NCBI GenBank assembly: GCA_964247055.1
Contig: OZ176050.1
Location: 5,704,001-5,768,000, forward strand
Length of the DNA: 64,000 bases
Source of the DNA: Paragordius varius
Lineage: Eukaryota > Animalia > Nematomorpha
Direction of reading: 5' to 3'
Position numbers and translations under genes: made by a program. The notes beneath the pieces were generated by a model. It saw only the letters and a list, made by a program, of their open reading frames with translations. It ran no database searches and was not told where the DNA came from. Positions 55,301-64,000 of this stretch are shown here, piece by piece; position 1 is the first letter of the stretch, and each line of letters begins with the position of its first letter.

Positions 55301-55992
55301 GCCACATTGGTAGGCACTTTACACGGAGTTACCACCGGATCCAAAATGTATTGCGAAAAGGCTAAGGCATTCGCAGCCTTGCCTGCTGTAACCAGGACTA
55401 ACAGGCACATCCAAACATACAGGAAAGCCGGGAGATTCCCAAAAGCCGCCATTATATATGCATACTCCCCTCCGGAGCTTGGAAATGAGGTACCCAATTC
55501 AGCATAACACAAAGCCCCCAAAAAAGAAAACATACCGCACAGTGTCCAAATTATGAGGGAAAGACCAACCGATCCAGCATTAATTACCACATTGGTTGGA
55601 CTTACGAAAATGCCGGAACCGATAATGACACCCACGTTTATCCCAATCCCACTCCAAAGACCAATTTCATTTTTTAGTTTAACTATTTTAGTTCTATCAT
55701 CATTACCATGGCCATCGCTGGAATGATTTGCCATCCCGTTCCTATTTTGATGTATGTCAACAATGTGCGGCTCTGCATTTGTTCCATTATGAATATTATT
55801 ATGGGCTGACTGATGATTTACAACAAGATGAGATCCATTTTGCGTGAGTTCAATATCGGTCAAATTTAAAGGTGGTGGATTGGAAAGAGTATTTTGTTTT
55901 GGATTATTATTAACTAAATTTGGACTTTGATGATCCACATTGTCGAATAAATGCAAATGTTTGCTCAAATTGCGTTTTATACAACTCAACAT
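52339..55992 (-). CDS. SLC7-like: SLC7 L-type / heteromeric amino-acid transporter light chain, paralog B (last exon unresolved)
   Basis: [114 protein letters not shown]; intron positions match paralog A. A KISRFLQKF-like terminal segment near 52020-51980 is out of phase with the 52339 donor. Confidence 0.9.
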
Positions 55993-56829
55993 TTTTTATG
56001 TATAAAATAGGTAGATAATGAATATAAATTGTAGATATAAAGGGCCAAATATCATTTTTGCGTACATTAATTAACACGGGTTACGCTTGTGACATTAATA
56101 TCATTTATTGTTTAATTTTTTTTTAATCTTGTCAAAAAATATGTATATTATATGTGTAACAAGTAATCATGAAAAATGACAAATGCGGCAATAATATTAA
56201 ATTATAATTAGGTGAAAGTAATTAATTATTTATTAATACGAGTGTGGATAAAGGCCAAAAATATTTTTCGCAGATTAATCGGGCAAAACGGATAAATTAT
56301 TTTTTTTATTTACAAGATTGATATCGTTTCGTAAAGGGCTAACATTATATATATATTATATATAGTTTTTACTATGCAAATTTTAGCCATAAAATTGTCA
56401 TAATTTTTAATTTCATTGATGGGAATAAATTTATTATACATTTTAAAATCGAGAGAACGCCTCCGGTTTTATAATGAAAAAAAAACGGGAAAAAATGTTG
56501 AATCATTATTAAATCCTATTTGATAACCATGATGTAATCTCACTCAAATATTTTGGCACCAACCCCAAAACCAGAATTAATATTTAATATAGTAGAAAAA
56601 TTTTAATTTTATTGTTATAGAAAGTCTAAATAGATAATAAAATAGTTTGTAGTGAAAAAAAGGATGTAACAAAAATAGATGTTTTAAATATTATTTAAAC
56701 TTTTTAACTTTGAAAAAAGAAATGGTCAAAAGTTATTTTTAAATTTGCACATGTAGTAGTGGTGTCCTATCTTTCTTATTTTTATATGTCGTTATCTATA
56801 CACTTTTAACAAATATATATTTTCTCTTC

Positions 56830-57380
56830 TAACACTTGACATTCATTTCAGTCCTTCGATTCAAATTGGGGTAGTTAGATACCCCCTGTTTAAAATTAAA
56901 TACTCCAAAAAATATGGAATGAATTCAAACCATGGCAAAAGTTCGCACTTATATAAGATTATTGAACTGAAATATAAAAAATTCATTTAAAAAAACCTGT
57001 TATTAGTTAATTTACGGTAAAATCCAAATGTAATTTAGTCAACATGGCATGTGTGCATTAGTTAAATTTAGAAATGATAAAAAACCACTTTTACTGTTTC
57101 TATCATGTTAGATGTGATTTAATAAAAAATTAGCTTTAGTTAGAATGAATTAAACACGATATTTTGCAAAATGTTGTAAAATAAAAATGGCGTTGAAGAA
57201 ATTTGATATAAAACTTTTTTCAAAACCAAATTTTTTTCAGTATTCCAGCTTATTTATATAATTTTTATTAGGATAGAAGCATAAATTTAAATTGGGCAGT
57301 TTCGTTCAGTAGTTTTTCGAAAATATCAACTTAAATATATAGTCTGGGGTATTTAGAAATACCCAATTTAGATTGAATTG
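56830..57380. mobile_element. Family A MITE, diverged
   Basis: CTAA-CACTTG...TTCGATTCAAATTGGGGTAGTTAGATACCCC start; ends GGGGTATTTAGAAATACCCAATTTAGATTGAA; shared internal motifs. Confidence 0.65.
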
Positions 57381-58911
57381 TAATATTCTTATTAAAAATT
57401 AATATAAGTTCTTAATTTTATTAAAAATATTTAACTCCTCAAGTAATTCAAAACTTAAACTATATCTACTTTAAATATTTAACATAGCATTTATTTCCTC
57501 AAACAAAATTTGAAGAATATGAACAGTTTGGAAAGCTAAATACCAAAATGACTTTACATTAATATTTTAAATATCGCATAATTAAAAAATAATGATATAT
57601 TATTTTGTAAACCGATATATACAATTTCTACTAATTAAAACGCTGCAATATGGCAAAAATTAATTGTCGGCAGAATTTAAATATAGATATCTATGGATTG
57701 GTATAAAATAAGCTAAAAAATAAATTAAATGACTATTAAGTTAAGGAATATTATAAACCATATATGATTCTTATGTTAAATATTCGTTGTAGTCGGAGTA
57801 TGGCCAATCTCAACTCTTTCCAATCTTTTTTTTACGTTTAATCTCGATTTTTTGCCTCCCTACGCCCTTCACTATAATAACTTTTTATATCAGAGATGAC
57901 AACTAAATTCGTTTTTAGTTTCAAGGTTTTTTTTCTGTTTTCAGCAATGGCATATAATAACTATTTTACAATGTGGACTACCTTAGATCACAAAATTAGA
58001 CATATAAGCATCTTATCTAACAAATAAACTTTGATATCATATATTAAATTAGATAGTAAAATTATAAATAAGGTTAGGTTACTATGGTTAAAATTTGAAA
58101 TCTAAACCATTTATTTAATCGAAAGAGCGCTTTCTGTTTCACAAAACTGATGGTTCTTACAGTTGTAGGCCAATCCTTGCTTATGGCTAACTACGGTCAA
58201 ATTCGGATAGAACTTTGTATAAACGGTTCAAAACTTCCTTAGAAATTAGTTTACTAATTTTCCCTTACCTATGACAAAATCTCTGGTATATCAACACCCA
58301 AATACATGGTAAAAAACAAATTATTTACATTTTTTAAATTTGTGACCAAATGAACAAAAATTCTTTCCTTTCTATTATTTAGAAATTATTTAATAATCCA
58401 GCCAATTTTTGGCCTCTACCAAGTTAATTAAAATTAAATAATATATGTATATATTAATTAAAATTAAATAATGTATGTATATACTAAAATTAAAAAAGTT
58501 TGGGCAATAAGTGGGTATTGTCTTTCGGCTTAAAATAAGTTGGTTATTTGGAAATATATTCATAATTTGGGACCTGTTTTGGTTTGCGTATAAAACCCTT
58601 TTCAAAGCGGTTTCGAAACTATAAAAATAGTTTTGTTTGTGGATTATTTCGATTCCTTTTGAAAAAATAGTTTTGGTTTTTGTAGCCCTTTAATCTGATA
58701 GTAGATCTTAACGAAAATTAGTCGTATTTTTAATTGTTTTAAATATTAAATTTGTCAGTAAATTTTACAAAGTGTCTAATTCGGTCTAATTAGATTCAAG
58801 TATAAAACGCACACGCTACTGTATTGCCAATTAGCCAACATTAATGTGCTTACTGTAATTTTTTATTCTAAGCCTTTTGTATATATTGAAATATATATAA
58901 TCTGATAGATA

Positions 58912-59493
58912 TCCATATATTTATAAAAATGGTAAATGCTGGCTTTGTGATCTGTTTCCGGAAAAACGGTAAACCCATTCAAATCCAAATATCAAAAAAT
59001 ATAATCATTAATAAATGCCCCGACAATAGCTTCGCCCTTTTTTTGAATTAAGCCCCCAGTTCGGGACCCCGTGTAAAAAATGTTTTTTTTGAAGAAGTCC
59101 ACAAAAATTGTTTCTTTGAGACAATTTTCCGGAGAACGTGTTGGACTATTCAATTTCAAATATGATATTTGTCTAGTTATTTAGGATTGCGCCGAACATA
59201 GTCGTCTCGCTTTTTTAATTTAGGCCCTCTTTTTACCCGCTCCCACCGTAAATGCCATTTTTTTCAAAAAACAAAGTCCACAAATATATTTTTTTGAATC
59301 TATTTTTCGCCCAAGTAAACAATATATTAGTATGAATGCACCGTTTTGAAATTCCTATGCGATCATAGCTATTAAATAATGTTTCAAAATAATTTACATA
59401 TGTGGATCATTTTATTGTCCCGTTTTTCAAATAGCCCCACCCGAAGTCCAAGGGACTTCCTTGGGCTGCGTAGCAGCACGAGATTTACGCTAG
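58912..59493 (+). mobile_element. Non-autonomous Helitron (family E)
   Basis: A|TCCATATATTTATAAAAATGG 5' end; 3' hairpin GCTGC-GTA-GCAGC (59465-59477), then ACGAGATTTACG-CTAG|T; inserted in an AT dinucleotide with no TSD. Confidence 0.8.
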
Positions 59494-59900
59494 TATATAT
59501 ATATATATATATCATAATTATCAAGGTGCCTTTGGTTTTAGGCTTTATGGGTAATACAAAAAGTTATTATCACTTTTGCAGTAACTGATCCATATCAGTA
59601 AATGGCAAAATTTACGCACATTTTGCGTAAAAAAATTTTGTGAAAACAAATGGCTTAATTCCAAAAAATATCACTAAATATATAATAGACTATCAGATTA
59701 AAATATTCGCTCGTCTTCGACTTTATGATAAATATTAATTGCTTCAAACATCTATTTAAATTTAAAAGCAAACGAAGCTTCAAATTAAAATTGTGTGGTG
59801 TTACAAATGTTCAGCATCCAGTTACACTGCGTCCGGAATCGGGGTTAAAAATATCCTGATGAAATATATATATTCTGACAGGAAAATGAATAAGAATTAT

Positions 59901-60927
59901 CATGGTGCTTTTGGTGCTCTTACGAGTGATAAAAGAGAGTTATTTACACTTTTGTGGTAAGTGCTCCATAACAGAAAATGGCATTGCGCAGACTTTTATA
60001 AATAAATTTTTTTTGGCCAAAGCTAAATGTTTCATTCCAAAAATATTACTAAATTATATCATAAACTACCTATGGAATGCAAAAAATATTTTCAAATTAT
60101 TTTAATTTTTAAATGTGGGTTCCGAAATTCCCAATTTTTTTTGCTCTTCTAAAATGGGCTGATTCTTTATTAATAAACGCAATGCCGGGATTGCGCGATA
60201 TAATTTTTAAATATATGCTAAATTTTGATATCGAGAATAAATATTTTAAAAAATGCATATTTTTTACAAAAAATTTAATTTTTAGCAATATTTTGCTGAA
60301 GCGTACTTCATAGTTAAGGCATGATAGAAACGTAAACGCTTTAAGATATTATGAAAACACTTTTCTTACATGGTTTGATGATGCTGAACATTTGCATCAC
60401 CTCATAGTTTTTATTTAAAGGTTTGTTTGCTTTAAAATGGATAAATTTTTCAAAACGAATTTATATTACAGAATCCTGAAGATAAACGAATATTTTAATC
60501 AAAATTCTGAAGGGATATTAATTTTCAGCATCATCAAATTATGTAGAAAAGTGTAATATCTAAAAGCGTTTTTTTACCGTTTCCATCATGCCTCAAAATA
60601 ATATGAAGTATGCTTCAACAAAATTTTGCTAAAAATTAAATTTTAAACAACGTGTTTTTTAAAATATGTTGATGCCATAATCTAGCAAAATTAAAATTTT
60701 TTATCGCAAAATTTCGGCATTTTTGCGATTATTTTAAGAGAACTAGCCCAAACTTATGAAGCCCACATCTAATCAATTTTTTAAAAAATATTGTTGAATA
60801 AAGCATTTAGTTTTCAGAAATTATTTTTTTAACAAATGTGCGAAATGTTCCATTTTCTAGCAAGGAGAAACTACCACAAAAGTGTCGATAATATATCACT
60901 CGTAAGCCCAAAACATAAAGCACCATG
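59901..60927. repeat. Foldback-like ~1-kb imperfect palindrome (family B), with related modules from ~59780 to ~61690
   Basis: CATGGTGCTTTTGG...ACGAGTGATA (59901) pairs with TATCACTCGT...AAAGCACCATG (to 60927); inner motifs gatgctgaacatt / ttttcagcatcatc and gaagcgtacttcat / atgaagtatgcttc are also inverted. Confidence 0.7.
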
Positions 60928-61822
60928 ATAATTTTGATACATTTTCCTATCATATATATTTCGTCGGGATAATTTTTGGTTTGACTGAGCATTTCGACAT
61001 CAAAAAGGAAATTTTGAAAAGAAAATTTTGAATTTTTTTTATAAATTTAAATGCCAAATAAAATGTAATTTATAGTGAAGCATGATTGAAATCTAAAATA
61101 TTAAACATTTTATCTATATTCAATGATGCTGAACTTTCTATCACCTCAGAATTAAGGTTCGTCTTTGTTTTTAATTTTACCAAAATTTGAAAGCATACTA
61201 AGCTTTTGATTCGAATTCTGAGGCAAAAAAAGTCAGATGTTTTTTATCTAATAACCGATTATATGCTTAAAAATAGCATGAAGGACATTTCTACAAATTC
61301 CTAATTAAATTTTTGAAGAAAAGTAAGCATTTCAATATTTTCTTTTATATCAAAAAGCATTTATAAAATTGGTTTGGCGAAATCTAGACATTTTTGCGTT
61401 TCTTCTAAAAAAGATTAGCCAAGAGGTGTCTGAGTTTTCTGCGTCGTTTTATTTTTTATAATACTTTACTTTTTAAATATATATTATTATTCAATGGAAT
61501 TTAGCTTTTAAAAAAAATGAGAGCTATTCTACCATTTGATATCGCGAACACAATGCAACTTTTTATAATCCCTCGTAAGCTCGAAAACTAAAAGCACCAT
61601 GAGAATTCTGGTTCATTTTTCTATTATCTCTATTATTATCAAAATATTATTTTTTGTGTACACTTTATAATAAACTTATTATGATAAAACAAATGAATTA
61701 ATATGCAATCTCTAAATTTTAATAACATCACAAACGATTTAAAATGACTTAGAAAGGCTTTAATATTTGTTCCTAAAATTTTTAACACATGATTTTAGTT
61801 TTTTATGGTTTTCTAATACATT

Positions 61823-63692
<1,870 letters not shown>

Positions 63693-64000
63693 TAAATGTT
63701 TATTTATTAAAAAATCAGAATCTATTTATAATCAATCATGTGGATTGAATTAGCTTAAGTGCCACAGAATTACTTTTTTCTTGTTTAATTTAATCATTTA
63801 ATCAATTATGTTTTTAAAAATTTAATAGCATTCATTTGTTTAATTTGTGTTACGCTTAGTTTTTTTATAATTTCCATTATATATTCTATTTTCCTCTAAA
63901 AATCAATAAAATTTGAATGAGGCGACCTAAAGGACATATCAGCCACACATTAGTTTAATTTTAAATCATTATCCGTCTGTTTTAAATCGCTTTTTACAAT

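Noticed and set aside
58184-58200. GGCTAACTAC word resembling a 16S rRNA motif
   Set aside because: Ten-base coincidence with no surrounding rRNA similarity.
57780-58620. Possible decayed LINE ORF2 fragment on the minus strand (REAKIEIKRKK.DWKEL; IPTYCPN)
   Set aside because: Fragmentary and frameshifted; similarity is impressionistic.

Overview
Very AT-rich, intron-containing animal (invertebrate) genomic DNA; the species cannot be named from the sequence. Hand-splicing supports ten protein-coding genes: a spongin/short-chain-collagen-C4-type collagen (5' partial), TMEM129, a Shaker/Kv1 channel with a ~550-aa N-terminal tether, TOM7, PDHB, PCC1/LAGE3, SMARCC (BAF155/170/Moira), two tandem SLC7 (LAT/HAT light chain) paralogs, and SRPK (3' partial). 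Introns and spacers carry non-autonomous transposons: TTAA-flanked piggyBac-like, hAT-like and Tc1/mariner-like MITEs, a Helitron, a foldback-like palindrome and an RTE LINE relic, several of them nested. The most striking pattern is a class of 22-24 nt GT-AG micro-introns (nine found, in four housekeeping genes). All lie within ~400 nt of the start codon, all have TA exactly 9 nt from the 3' end, and the downstream introns of the three longer host genes are 0.1-1.6 kb. All gene models and homologies come from manual reading and recalled protein families; no database search was run.
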